The position numbers and the translations under genes are program-made. Below, in pieces: positions 37,807 through 47,550 of a stretch of DNA of 64,000 nt. This DNA comes from Candidatus Acidiferrales bacterium (GTDB lineage Bacteria > Acidobacteriota > Terriglobia > Acidiferrales > UBA7541): contig CAVWYZ010000014.1 in the NCBI GenBank assembly GCA_963759275.1, forward strand, positions 865,201 through 929,200, written 5' to 3'. The notes under the pieces were generated by a model. The model ran no database searches. It had not been told where the DNA came from and saw only the letters and a list, made by a program, of their open reading frames with translations. Position 1 is the first letter of the stretch, and every line of letters begins with the position of its first letter.

Positions 37807-38754
37807 TCAGGTGTTTATCAGGCGGCAGGAGTCCGACTCTTCGTCGAAAGGGATATCTGGCGCTGGGGGATTGGTTTCAGCGATCGTTGTTAAGGGCCGC
37901 CCCTCCGCAGCTGGCTCGGGCGTTGGGGACTCTGGTAGAGCCGGACTTCTTGCGTTGATGAGGGGCGTGAGCCAGGGACTCTGCAGTGCGGCTAAAGCAA
38001 GCTCTTCTTCGAGGTCGTTGTAGAGCGAATCTGCCAACTCCTCTCGTGCTCTGTCCACGCAGTTTTCCCCATGCGTTCTTCGGAGTGACTCAAAGATGCA
38101 CCGTGCCGTGGTTGCACCGACCTTTGATTCGACGAGGTTTCGGGGTTTGCCGGTCTTGTAGGTCCGGAGTGCATTGCGGAACGTGACTAGCGAATCGCCT
38201 TGGCGCTCATCGAAGACTTCGGCAAGTGCCTGCACAAACTGCATTTGAAAATCGGATCGATCTTTGAGGTTCTGCTCGAGTTCCGTGAACTGTACAGTCA
38301 GTGTTTCTCTCAGCTTCTTGGCATCGGCCACATTGGAATCCCACAGTTTCTGGACTTCCTTGGCTAAAGCCCGTGCGTATTCGTTGCGCATTTGAACAGT
38401 GGCTCCGGCCGTAGCTGTTTTCGTCTGTTCGTCGATCATTTTCAGGCTGAATCTGGCGACAAGGACAAACACGCCTGTCAGGATCAGTCCCATGATTCCC
38501 AGTGTCCACATTTGCGTGTTGAGGACTTTTTGGTAGTAAGACTCGTACTGCTTCTGCGTACGCGTGATGTAGTCCTTTTCCATCACTGCGCTGCTTGCGG
38601 CTTTTTCGGCGGCATCGGCGCGCTCCTCGAGCTTCTTGAGGCGGTCCTCCTGGGTGGCGCGCGGGGCTCTTGGTGGCTGCTCAGAACAAAGAGCAGGGCT
38701 GAAAAAAGCCAGAACTGCAGCCAGAACCAGTAGGCGTTGGCGTATGGTGGTCAC
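37807..38754 (-). CDS. Hypothetical protein: signal peptide, coiled coil, one TM helix, cytoplasmic coiled coil
   Basis: Long ORF with a signal peptide and a TM segment ([19 protein letters not shown]). Confidence 0.65.
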   Translation of the reverse strand: MTTIRQRLLVLAAVLAFFSPALCSEQPPRAPRATQEDRLKKLEERADAAEKAASSAVMEKDYITRTQKQYESYYQKVLNTQMWTLGIMGLILTGVFVLVARFSLKMIDEQTKTATAGATVQMRNEYARALAKEVQKLWDSNVADAKKLRETLTVQFTELEQNLKDRSDFQMQFVQALAEVFDERQGDSLVTFRNALRTYKTGKPRNLVESKVGATTARCIFESLRRTHGENCVDRAREELADSLYNDLEEELALAALQSPWLTPLINARSPALPESPTPEPAAEGRPLTTIAETNPPAPDIPFDEESDSCRLINT

Positions 38755-38873
38755 GGGTCCGACTCCTGGCTGGGCCTCCCAATCTAGTTGCTGGAGGGTG
38801 TGTTGTCACCGTTTGGAGCCGGGAGCGGTGTCCGAAGGGATACCGGCCGAAAGGGCTAGGCGTTTCGGTTGGC

Positions 38874-38997
38874 GGCTGGCTGGCGCAGTGGCAGGAGATG
38901 CTGGAAGACCCGGAACAGAAGATTGCCCGGCCGCGTCAAATTTACACCGGTTCCGCGGAACGGAACCTCGTGCCGATTCGAGAAGCGTACGGCATAG
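38874..38997 (+). pseudogene. gltA: 3' tail fragment of citrate synthase
   Basis: [30 protein letters not shown], then EKRTA* after a +1 shift; this matches the conserved GltA C-terminus. Confidence 0.75.
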
Positions 38998-39029
38998 AAA
39001 TTGGCAGCAGGACGATAAGCGTGAGCGTC

Positions 39030-39086
39030 TCACTGCAGTTTCGCGTACTCCGCTTTGGCTCGTTTCAGGATGGGGATGTCGGGGTC
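39030..39086 (-). pseudogene. Second kinase-TPR 3' tail remnant
   Basis: [18 protein letters not shown], same family as 33663-33810. Confidence 0.7.
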
Positions 39087-39087
39087 A

Positions 39088-39243
39088 TCATTGAGGCAGC
39101 CCGATCCGGCGCAGCAGGTCGGCGTAGCGGAGGTCGGAGCGGAGATTGTCAATTTCCGGGTCAGTTTTGATTAAATCGACACTTTGGCCAAGGGCCGCGG
39201 CTTTCTCCAGAGCCGCGAACGCAGCATCCCTTCCGCCGAAACC
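39088..39243 (-). pseudogene. 3' tail remnant of a TolB-N/TPR-family gene
   Basis: RDAAFAALEKAA....[28 protein letters not shown], same family as the C-terminus of 41902-43821. Confidence 0.7.
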
Positions 39244-39325
39244 ATTCTGTCCGTTTCGAAGCTATTCCAGGCTCGGCCAGTTGGATGAGCCGAGCTCCTT
39301 CGGGCGCGCCACAACGGGCTTGTAT

Positions 39326-39348
39326 TGATATATATCATTGGTATATAT
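39326..39348 (+). promoter_or_regulatory. Likely vapBC autoregulatory operator
   Basis: Perfect palindrome tgatatatatca (39326-39337) plus a second gtatatat half-site just upstream of vapB. Confidence 0.55.
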
Positions 39349-39368
39349 TATGTAGCGAGGTCTGCTGA

Positions 39369-39614
39369 ATGGCTAAAATCCGGGTCGCCAAACTATTCCG
39401 TAATGGACGCAGTCAAGCTGTCCGACTGCCGCAGGAGTTTCGCTTCGAAGGTGATCGTGTGCGTATTCGGCGTATTGATCAAGGTGTTCTGCTAGAACCC
39501 CTGATCCCCGATGCTGAGAGTTGGTTTGATGTACTGGATCGATTCAATACGGAACCGTTCATGGCCAAACGTCGCAGTCAACCAGTCACACCGCGCCGCG
39601 AGATCTTCAAGTGA
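39369..39614 (+). CDS. vapB: VapB (AbrB/MazE-type) antitoxin
   Basis: AKLFRNGRSQAVRLP.EFRF.GD.V.IRR...GV.LEP. Confidence 0.9.
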   Translation: MAKIRVAKLFRNGRSQAVRLPQEFRFEGDRVRIRRIDQGVLLEPLIPDAESWFDVLDRFNTEPFMAKRRSQPVTPRREIFK

Positions 39615-40042
39615 ATTACTTGCTGGATACCAACGCGTGTATCGCGCTCATCAACGGGAAGCCACCTTCTGTCCGCGCCAAATTTCAAAAGGCGACAGAA
39701 GCGGGAGCTCAAGTCTTCGTGTCTTCCGTGACCTTGTTTGAACTTTGGTACGGTGTTGCAAAGAGTTCACGCCGAGAATTCAATCGCAAGCGCCTTGAGG
39801 CCTTTTTTGCAGGCCCCGTCGATCCGCTCTCATTCGAGGATGGGGACGCCGAAATCGCTGGTTCCATTCGAGCTGACCTGGAGGTCGTGGGAAAGCCAAT
39901 CGGCGCTTACGATCTCCTGATCGCCGCACAGGCGATGCGCAACAAGCTCACGCTGATTACCGCAAATATCTCAGAATTTGCTCGAATTGAAGATTTAGTC
40001 TGGTCAGACTGGGGGGAATCCTTGACATCCCGAGCGCGGTGA
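39611..40042 (+). CDS. vapC: VapC PIN-domain toxin
   Basis: YLLDTNACI, SSVTLFELWYG, IGAYDLLIAAQA, LITAN..EF.RI; GTGA overlap with vapB. Confidence 0.92.
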   Translation: MNYLLDTNACIALINGKPPSVRAKFQKATEAGAQVFVSSVTLFELWYGVAKSSRREFNRKRLEAFFAGPVDPLSFEDGDAEIAGSIRADLEVVGKPIGAYDLLIAAQAMRNKLTLITANISEFARIEDLVWSDWGESLTSRAR

Positions 40043-40173
40043 CCTCATTTTCGCTCCGCCACGGAACTGTCCTTCCTTGGAAGGCGAAGCGCGAGGCCCC
40101 AAGGGAGGCGGTGGGTGTATCCTGTCTGTGGGCGAAGAGGCAAAATCGGAATCGTAGATCATGGGAGTGGATC

Positions 40174-41166
40174 ATGCGCAGTTTTAGCTCGTGTCGGAGA
40201 TCTAGCTGCCCCAAGGGGGCGCTACTCGCCCTCGTTCTGAGTGCTCCGATTTCCCTGCTTGCGCACAGCGCATCCCCACCGCAATCGCAGCCGGCACAAT
40301 CGCCCTCTCCGCCGCCGCCCGCAACCCAATCGCAATCCCAGGACACGCCTGCTTGCTCCGACGCTCCTCCCATCTTGAAACGAGGGAAACAGCCGGATCT
40401 GCCTCCCTGTCCTGACCCGCCGCCGGCCGCGTCGGCCCCCGCGAACTCCGCACACGCGCGTTCGCAGAATCCCTCGGCGCCCTTAATCGAAAGGGCCAGA
40501 GAAGCGGCATTCGAGTTTTCACAGAATCTTCCCAACTTTATTTGTAAAGAGGTCATGGCCCGCTACATGCAGCGCGGCCGCGACGAAACGCCCCTGGACG
40601 TTGTTTCGGCCGAAATTATTTACGATCATGCCAAGGAAACTTATCGCAACGTAAAGATCGATGACCGCCTCACCGACAAGAACCTGGAGGAAATCAGTGG
40701 TTCCTGGTCCACGGGAGAATTTGCATCCACACTCCTGGGCCTTTTTTCCCCCGATACGAACGCCCGCTTCCGGTCCGGCGGGGCCACTTCCATTTCAGGT
40801 TTCCCCGCCCAGGTTTACGACTTCGACGTGCCAAGGGCAAATTCGCGCTGGACGGTGCACGCTGAGTCCCAGACTCTGGTTCCCGCTTACAAAGGCTCGG
40901 TATGGGTCGATCCCAGCACCGCGCGTGTCCTGCGCATTGAGATGCAGGCCCGCAACCTACCATCAGACTTCCCGATGGATACCATCGAATCCGCGGTCGA
41001 TTATTCCTACGTGATGATTAGCGGCAAGTCGTTTCTGCTTCCCGTCCATGCGGAAAGCTTAGGATGTCCCCGAGGCGCCGGTAGCTGCAGCCACAACATC
41101 ATCGACTTCCGCAACTACCACGAATTCAGAGTCGACGTGAAGATTGGTAATGTGCAACGTCCCTGA
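40174..41166 (+). CDS. Hypothetical secreted protein with a Pro/Gln-rich N-terminus and a beta-rich domain
   Basis: Signal-like segment; FSQNLPNFIC.E, SWSTGEF, YKGSVWVDP.T.RVLRI and N.IDFRNY..F motifs. Confidence 0.7.
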   Translation: MRSFSSCRRSSCPKGALLALVLSAPISLLAHSASPPQSQPAQSPSPPPPATQSQSQDTPACSDAPPILKRGKQPDLPPCPDPPPAASAPANSAHARSQNPSAPLIERAREAAFEFSQNLPNFICKEVMARYMQRGRDETPLDVVSAEIIYDHAKETYRNVKIDDRLTDKNLEEISGSWSTGEFASTLLGLFSPDTNARFRSGGATSISGFPAQVYDFDVPRANSRWTVHAESQTLVPAYKGSVWVDPSTARVLRIEMQARNLPSDFPMDTIESAVDYSYVMISGKSFLLPVHAESLGCPRGAGSCSHNIIDFRNYHEFRVDVKIGNVQRP

Positions 41167-41171
41167 AGGAA

Positions 41172-41203
41172 CTGTCACGGCAGAGGCCGCGGGTTCGAGT
41201 CCC
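41172..41203 (+). other. 3' half of tRNA-Asp(GTC), probable att-site scar
   Basis: CTGTCAC (anticodon loop)-GGCAG-AGGCC-GCGGG-TTCGAGT-CCC; no D-arm or 5' acceptor strand upstream. Confidence 0.7.
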
Positions 41204-41312
41204 AGTCGCAAACGCCTGACCATCAACTCCTCCGGAAATCGGAAAAGTTCCTGCTAGTACTCACTTTAGCGTGGCCGCTCTCAGGCCCGGAATTTCCTTG
41301 GCCGACTTATTT

Positions 41313-41564
41313 TTAGCGGTGAGGACAGCCTGGCCAGCAACAAGGTCGCCGCATTCCTTCCTTGATTTCCGTGCGTACCCGCTTAATGTGCTGCCTTCTC
41401 GTTTTCGGTTTCTTGACGGAGATAACCCAGCAGATCCACTCATTGCGCGCGAGTGGTGTAATGTCCTCCCATTTTGCCCGAGCAACGGGGTCGGAAATGA
41501 GAACCTCTCGTAAATCCGATGGTACATTGTGTACCGCTCCAGGTGAGATCGCTTTCTTGCTCAT
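41313..41564 (-). CDS. YdeI/OmpD-associated (bacteriocin-protection) family small protein
   Basis: VP.DLR..L......W..ITPLARNEWICWV.S.KK..TR...I.R...G.RRPCCW.GC.HR. Confidence 0.8.
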   Translation of the reverse strand: MSKKAISPGAVHNVPSDLREVLISDPVARAKWEDITPLARNEWICWVISVKKPKTRRQHIKRVRTEIKEGMRRPCCWPGCPHR

Positions 41565-41662
41565 GGATTTCATTTTACGCAGTCGATCTAGGAGTCCTCG
41601 GATGCTTTGAACGTTAAGCCGGCAGCAAACTCCTTCCATGAGAAGGCCGGCCCCAGTCAAGA

Positions 41663-41873
41663 GTGTTTTCGCGAAACCAGCCCTTTCCAGTCTGCCGATA
41701 AGGGCGGTGGTGGCAGCCCCGGTCAGACCGATCCTCTCGCTGAGTTCCCCGGCAGACATAGCCTCATCCCTCAACGGACGCAGACAGTTCACATCGGTCG
41801 CGTTCAGGCGTAGCCGGGCTGCTACGGCAGACCGGAACAGCAAGACCCGTCCCGCAAATCCCCGCTCCTGCAT
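41663..41873 (-). pseudogene. Internal MarR-family HTH fragment
   Basis: LF..AVA.RL.LNATDVNCL..L...MSAGEL....GLTGAATT.LI.RLERAGF; the wing and C-terminal helix are missing. Confidence 0.65.
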
Positions 41874-41901
41874 CCGAAACGGTCGCCTCGGGTTTTGAGT
41901 G

Positions 41902-43821
41902 CTAAGGCGTCAGACCGATTTTCTTTACGAGTGCACGATAACGTTCGTCGGAATGCAGGAAGTCGAAGACGGGCTCGTCTTGCAGAAACACGAGGTACTC
42001 TGAATGCTCGAGATAAGCTTCTTCCAGTTGTTGGAGCGTTTCGTCCTTCATTCCAAGGGCCGCGTAAGCTTCCGCCAAGTCCCAGCGTGAGACCTGCTGT
42101 TTGCGGTTGCGCGTCTTAAGGTTGTTTAGCTGCCATTGCAGGACTGCTCGTCTCCCCCCGCGCTCATAGGCACTTTGGATCACTGCTGCGGCTTCCTCTC
42201 CACGATTAATTCGAGTGTCCTCTTCAAGTTCATGCTCTGATTCCTTCTCCATGCCCTTGAACCCGTAGACCGTGGAAAGGAAAGAGTGGACCCACAACGC
42301 AGCCGTCCCGGCTTTGGCGCGCATGCGAAACTCTTCAAGCGCAGCGTCATACTGCCGCACGTAGTAATAAGCCCTGCCCAGGGCCCAGGGCCTCTCAAAA
42401 GGATCAATCTCAGTGGCCAGTTTTTGTTCCTGCAGCGCCTCCTCCGGGCGGTTCATGGCGAGAAGAATGTAGGAACGGATGTGGTGGGCTTCGGAGAAGT
42501 TTGGATCCAGTTCCAGCGAGCGGCGCGATTCCGCGTCCGCACGGCCCCAATCCCATTTACCAAACAGGTACACAAATGCCATGGCGTGGTGCCCCTCAGC
42601 GAAGGTGTCGTCCAGTTCAATCGCCTTACGGCCGGCGGCTTCCGCTTTATCGACGACTTCGCGCATGGGAGTGCGGCCGGTCTCGGCGAGCATGACGCTC
42701 ATGCAAAGACCTCCCCACGCCGGTGCGTAGTCACTTTGCAATTGGATCGCCTTCTCAAAATACTTCTGGCTTTCCAGCCAATTACCGGCCATCCACAAAT
42801 AGCGCCCCCGTAAATAGGCGTCGTGCGCTTCAGGATTGACGTGGCGCTGCGGCTGCGCCGGAACGGCAGAAACCTTAGCTTCCCGGGCGATGGTTGCAGA
42901 GAGTTCCTCGGGCAGTGACAGGGCGTTGTTCAGATCACGGTCATAGCTCTGTGCCCAGATGTGGGTGTCAGTGGGCGCATAGATCAACTGAAGATTTATG
43001 TGCACCTGCTTTGCGCCACGATTCACCGAACCTTCCAGAATTCCGTCGACTCCAAGCGCCTGCGCGATCTCCCGCAGCGGCCGGCTGACGCCTTTGTACT
43101 GCATGGCGGAAGTCCGTGAAACTACCCGCAGAGAACGGTTTTCCGCCAGCGCGGTGATTAGTTCGTCAGTCATGCCATCGGCGTAGTAATCCTGGGAGGC
43201 ATCGCCGGAAAGATTCGCCAGAGGAAGCACAGCAATAGAGTGAATCGGGCCGATGCTGTTTTTCGTAAAAACGTTTTTCGCAAAAACCCGGTCGCGCAGC
43301 CCCGCAACATTAAGTGCCCACGTCGCCCCTGCCGCCACGAGCAAAGCAACCGCCGCCCAGAGCCACTTTCGTGATGCTAAACCTTCGCCAGCACTGATCG
43401 GGCCAGCTTCCACGCTCGCTGGCGTTGAGACTTCATTCTCGGGAACCGGATTTGCGGAAGGGAGGATTTTCGCGGACGCTGCCGTTCCGTTCGCGTTCGT
43501 ACTCACGGCGTCAGATGCAAACCTGTAACCCTTGCCTGAAACCGTCTGTATGAACCGCGGCCGCTCTACGTCTTCCCGCAACGCGGTCCGAATCTTGCGA
43601 ATGGCAGTATTGATGCCGTGCTCGGTATCAAGGAAAACATCTTTGCCCCAAAGTCGCTCGATAATCTCCTGCCGGCACACCACCTGCCCATTTTTTTCCA
43701 GCAACAGGATGAGCAATTCCATGGGAATGCGTTCGAGCTTCAGAGGGCGATCATGGCATCGCAATTCGAAGCGGGAGCTGAGCAGTTCAAAATCGCCAAA
43801 GTTGTAGGTGGGCTCGGGCAT
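41902..43821 (-). CDS. Winged-helix (OmpR/CadC-type) + TM + TolB-N-like + TPR regulatory protein
   Basis: KLERIPMELLILL..RQEIIERLW..GINTAIRKIR.AL..RFIQTV.GKGYRF; SIAVLPLANLSGD.SQDYYADGMT; TPR tail. Confidence 0.88.
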   Translation of the reverse strand: MPEPTYNFGDFELLSSRFELRCHDRPLKLERIPMELLILLLEKNGQVVCRQEIIERLWGKDVFLDTEHGINTAIRKIRTALREDVERPRFIQTVSGKGYRFASDAVSTNANGTAASAKILPSANPVPENEVSTPASVEAGPISAGEGLASRKWLWAAVALLVAAGATWALNVAGLRDRVFAKNVFTKNSIGPIHSIAVLPLANLSGDASQDYYADGMTDELITALAENRSLRVVSRTSAMQYKGVSRPLREIAQALGVDGILEGSVNRGAKQVHINLQLIYAPTDTHIWAQSYDRDLNNALSLPEELSATIAREAKVSAVPAQPQRHVNPEAHDAYLRGRYLWMAGNWLESQKYFEKAIQLQSDYAPAWGGLCMSVMLAETGRTPMREVVDKAEAAGRKAIELDDTFAEGHHAMAFVYLFGKWDWGRADAESRRSLELDPNFSEAHHIRSYILLAMNRPEEALQEQKLATEIDPFERPWALGRAYYYVRQYDAALEEFRMRAKAGTAALWVHSFLSTVYGFKGMEKESEHELEEDTRINRGEEAAAVIQSAYERGGRRAVLQWQLNNLKTRNRKQQVSRWDLAEAYAALGMKDETLQQLEEAYLEHSEYLVFLQDEPVFDFLHSDERYRALVKKIGLTP

Positions 43822-44018
43822 GACACTCCACCAATTGGGGCAGCAACTATACCATCGATTGGAAGCAAGAAGTAAACAACCTGCCAAATCAGCAACTTAC
43901 AGCTTCACCTTTCTTCACCTCAATTCATTCGCCAGTCCTTGCCTTGTTGCGCCCTTCAGCTCACGATTCGCTCCCGCAGCCGCCAGCGTTTAGCGCGGCT
44001 CGATACAAAGGAGACATC

Positions 44019-44705
44019 ATGAAATCCAATACATCGATGCGAACTCTTGGGAAGTCCACATGCGTTGCGGCATTGCTCGCCGTTGGAATTACCGGGGCCA
44101 TAGGAGCTGCCCGTGCCGGCGGCTCGGGAGACGATGAAGAGCGGCTAGCCCAGGTGGCTGAACTGGAGCACCAGATTCATGCAACCTTTCACGCGGCAGT
44201 CAGCGTGCACGATCCGATAAATGGCGATTCACCGGAAGTGATTACCCAGCGAATCCGCGACGTACTCTCGATCTGGACTAAAGACGCCGAACTCACGGTT
44301 GTCAACACTACTGCCACGGCAGGAAACTATATCGGCAACGGGGATCCGGATGATCCCGCAAGTTGCCCTCTACCCTCGGGCGACACGTCCGCCAGTGGTC
44401 AACAGGGCACGCTGTGCACGTTCTTCAAGTATGTTTCCGGCGGGTTGCAGCCAACCAATAAGTTTGTGTCGCTTTCCCCGGCGTACAAAACGAAGTATGT
44501 CCCTGTAAGGGATGATGACGGCCAATGGAAATCATCGGTGTATTTCGAATGCCATTACTTCGACGTGTCATTGAATCCAGCCACCGGCCAGCCGTTTTGG
44601 ACAGCCAAGAGCCACGTAGACCTTGACGGTGAAGCCAAAAAGATCAACGGGCGGTGGTTGTTGACGAAGGTCAGCTCATCCGCCGTTCCAGTTCCGGTTC
44701 CGTAA
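44019..44705 (+). CDS. Hypothetical secreted protein (possibly NTF2/SnoaL-like)
   Basis: AAGGAG RBS, signal peptide, followed by a terminator. Confidence 0.65.
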   Translation: MKSNTSMRTLGKSTCVAALLAVGITGAIGAARAGGSGDDEERLAQVAELEHQIHATFHAAVSVHDPINGDSPEVITQRIRDVLSIWTKDAELTVVNTTATAGNYIGNGDPDDPASCPLPSGDTSASGQQGTLCTFFKYVSGGLQPTNKFVSLSPAYKTKYVPVRDDDGQWKSSVYFECHYFDVSLNPATGQPFWTAKSHVDLDGEAKKINGRWLLTKVSSSAVPVPVP

Positions 44706-44787
44706 AGCGGCACACTCGGTGCGATAAGACAGGTCCGCTATAGCAACTACAAGCCGTAACGCAAAGGAATACCCATCATCAGAATGG

Positions 44788-44817
44788 AGGCAGCTCGAAT
44801 AGGGCTGCCTTTTTTTT
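44788..44817 (+). terminator. Rho-independent terminator
   Basis: aggcagc/gctgcct stem followed by a T run. Confidence 0.7.
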
Positions 44818-44935
44818 GTGTGCCGAGCATGTTCGTTGTTGTTGGAGTACGCACGGGGAAGCCAAGAAGCTGCCGACAAGCTGATTCCAGATTTCCGTGA
44901 TGGTCTCTCTCTAGGCCTTTGCGACTTTGTTTACC

Positions 44936-45028
44936 TTGCGCGAGTATCGTCCCGACGTCGTTTTGCTTGACGTGCGAATGCAGAAGATGAGTGGCATTGA
45001 CGTCTTGCGGGTTCTGCACGACTGCAAG
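44936..45028 (+). pseudogene. Internal response-regulator receiver fragment
   Basis: LREYRPDVVLLDVRMQKMSGIDVLR; no start and no output domain. Confidence 0.6.
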
Positions 45029-45218
45029 GACACCCTCGCAAACCTCGGCCCCCATTCGACCCGAAAATGTTCGGATTAGTACCCGGAGGTCCCGATGTAG
45101 GAAGCGAGGTCTCGGCGAGAATCTTTGAATCTCTTGCGTTCTCATCTCCTCGAACGCCGTTACCAGAACTTGACCCGTTAATTCGTGACTTTCAGGATTG
45201 TTTCCGGGTTGGCGGCGG

Positions 45219-46691
45219 TCAATATTGGCCGTAGCGTCCGTTCGCGGAGTCGATGAGCTTTTGCGAGTCATAGCCGACACCGTCCTTAAAGACGATCTCC
45301 ACTTTTTCAATATCTGAAATCGTTGTGCCTGGATCGCCTTTGATGATCACGAGGTCCGCATTCTTCCCGGCGGCAATGGATCCAATCTGATCCTGCTTGC
45401 CCAGGTAAATGGCCCCGTTTAGGGGCGCAATTCTAATGGCCTGGACGGGCGAGAACCCGGCCTCGACCAGGAGTTCGATCTCGCGCTGATCGCCTAATCC
45501 GGGTACGACGCCCCCGCTGCCTGTGGGATCTGGCCCCGCCAACAGCAACCCTCCAGCTGCGGCGAACGCATATTCCATCTGCAAGTCGTGCTTGAACAGC
45601 ATGGCCCGGTCGGTTTTTGGCGGTTTCATTGTCGCAGGCCGCTCGCGGCTGTAAAGGTAGGCCTCGCGCGCTTCTGGCGCCATTGCTTCAACAACCTGCT
45701 GTCGGAGCGGAGGACGACCCGGCATTTCTTCCTCAAACACCGGAAGCGTCGAGGTGATCGCGACATGATGTTTCACCAGCGTATTGATCAGGTCCTTCGC
45801 CTCTGGAGTATTGGGATCCATATGCTCAAGGGTGTAGTCGCCCATGCTTGAGCTGCACTCGTCCGGCTTCTTGTCAGGATCGAGTTGCGTATTCACAAAA
45901 AAACCATGTTCCAAGTCGTCGATGCCAAGCTCCGCCGCTTCCTTGTATGTCACCGAGCACAGGTGCCCTGTAATCTTGATCCCGCGCTTATGAGCTGCTT
46001 CAATCGCAGCCTTCAGTTCCGCGCGGGTGATATTCATGTATGCCTTGAACGAGGTCACACCACGGTCTGCCCAATAATCGACCATCTGCCTCGCCTCGTC
46101 AGGACTACTCAGCTCATGCATCTGAATGAAATAGCTGTGCGGTCCTTCCAAATAAGGTCCTGTCACGTCGATGTGGGGACCAGGCAACTTGCCCTCGTCG
46201 ATCGCACGTTTCAGATTCAGGTCTGCATAGGTCTCGACGCTTCCCGTAGTGCGCATCGTGGTCACGCCCCCAGCCAAATAGAGACGAGGCGCGGAGAATG
46301 TCATCTGCGGCAACAGCATCGGCGGCTCGAAGTTCCACTGGCTGTCTTCATTCGGCTCGGCGATGTAAAAAAGGTGGTTGTGCATGCCGACGATTCCCGG
46401 CATCACCGTATATCCGCGCAGGTTGAGGACCGTCGTTCCGTCGGCGGCCGGAGTTTCCGAACTCGCTTGCACCGAGGAGATCTTGCCCTGTTCGATGATC
46501 AAGTTCTGGTCCTCGACTGGCGGTCGTCCCGTACCATCAATTACACGCACGTGCTGGAGCACCACTCTCGGCGTGTTCACCCGCACATACTTCTGCACCG
46601 GCGGGGATAGCGATGCGGCCTGTTGGGCGTAAATGTCAGGAAGGATAAAGAGCTGAAACGCGCACAAGATCAGGAACCGACTAACACGCAT
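45219..46691 (-). CDS. Secreted metal-dependent amidohydrolase (imidazolonepropionase-like)
   Basis: VIDGTG, PGIVGMHNH, GVTTMRT.G, FKAY, GHLCS, LEHG, GPDPTG, GKNADLV. Confidence 0.88.
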   Translation of the reverse strand: MRVSRFLILCAFQLFILPDIYAQQAASLSPPVQKYVRVNTPRVVLQHVRVIDGTGRPPVEDQNLIIEQGKISSVQASSETPAADGTTVLNLRGYTVMPGIVGMHNHLFYIAEPNEDSQWNFEPPMLLPQMTFSAPRLYLAGGVTTMRTTGSVETYADLNLKRAIDEGKLPGPHIDVTGPYLEGPHSYFIQMHELSSPDEARQMVDYWADRGVTSFKAYMNITRAELKAAIEAAHKRGIKITGHLCSVTYKEAAELGIDDLEHGFFVNTQLDPDKKPDECSSSMGDYTLEHMDPNTPEAKDLINTLVKHHVAITSTLPVFEEEMPGRPPLRQQVVEAMAPEAREAYLYSRERPATMKPPKTDRAMLFKHDLQMEYAFAAAGGLLLAGPDPTGSGGVVPGLGDQREIELLVEAGFSPVQAIRIAPLNGAIYLGKQDQIGSIAAGKNADLVIIKGDPGTTISDIEKVEIVFKDGVGYDSQKLIDSANGRYGQY

Positions 46692-46859
46692 GGAATCCCC
46701 CAAGTCTCGTAATTGTAGCCCATAAGCGCAAGCTGACTGAGAGGAGGCTGAAACTAAAGCCCACCGTTGCGCAGTTCAGTCGGTACCGCCGGAGATGTGA
46801 CTGTTCGAGATACCTAGCGATGGCGATTGCAGCTTGGTTGGTTTGACAGCAGCTCCGAT

Positions 46860-47075
46860 GCACTGCAGTTGTTGCTCAATGGGTCCGCCCTCTTCTTTCG
46901 GCTAAGGTCACCGGGCCTGCCCTTCGCCGAAATTGTCATGTTGTGGTTCGCCATCGTGGCAACATCGACCGAATTCTGGAATGCAGTTCCGGCCGCAGGC
47001 TGGTTGCTGTTGCCAAACTTGGTATGGGTTAACTGTGCGGCGACGCTCAATTTTTCAATATGGCGGTTGAACCCT
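46860..47075 (+). pseudogene. tspO: C-terminal half of TspO/MBR
   Basis: ALQLLLN...FF.LRSPGL.FAEIV.LW.AI.AT...FW.....AGWLLLP.L.WV..AA.LNF.IWRLN; N-terminal helices absent. Confidence 0.7.
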
Positions 47076-47550
47076 AAATTATGTTCGCAGGGACAGAGTC
47101 GGCCAGGTATTGAACGTTGGTCCTTAATATTTCCGTTCACGCGGACGCGGAGAATGTTTTCGAGTTCTCTGAAGTGACGTTCCCCTCAGTTCCGCTGAAG
47201 GCTTACCCTCCTTCGCCACTCTGTGGAACCTCTTTGAGGTGTGATGCCCAGGTTCTCCATTCGGTTTCGGCTTCTTTCCAATTGCGTCCGCCGGTTCGGC
47301 TAGCTATAGCTAGACGATACCGTCTAGAGAAGGGACCGAGCCGTACCCCTTGTGACGATTTATCTTGACACTACCATCGGATGCGTACATGAATCGTTTT
47401 AACATGTGCCTCGGAGACTGCCCGCAACAACTCCCTCTGGAGTGCGCGACTTCAGTCCCACAAGCTCGGATGTGTTGGTCCATGCGGAGGCGCGACGCGC
47501 AAATTTTTTGTGAGCGACAGTCCACGACTTCCACGCGCAAGGAGCTAATC

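Noticed and set aside
41172-41203. Functional tRNA-Asp gene
   Set aside because: The 5' acceptor strand, D-arm and 5' anticodon stem are missing; treated as an att scar.
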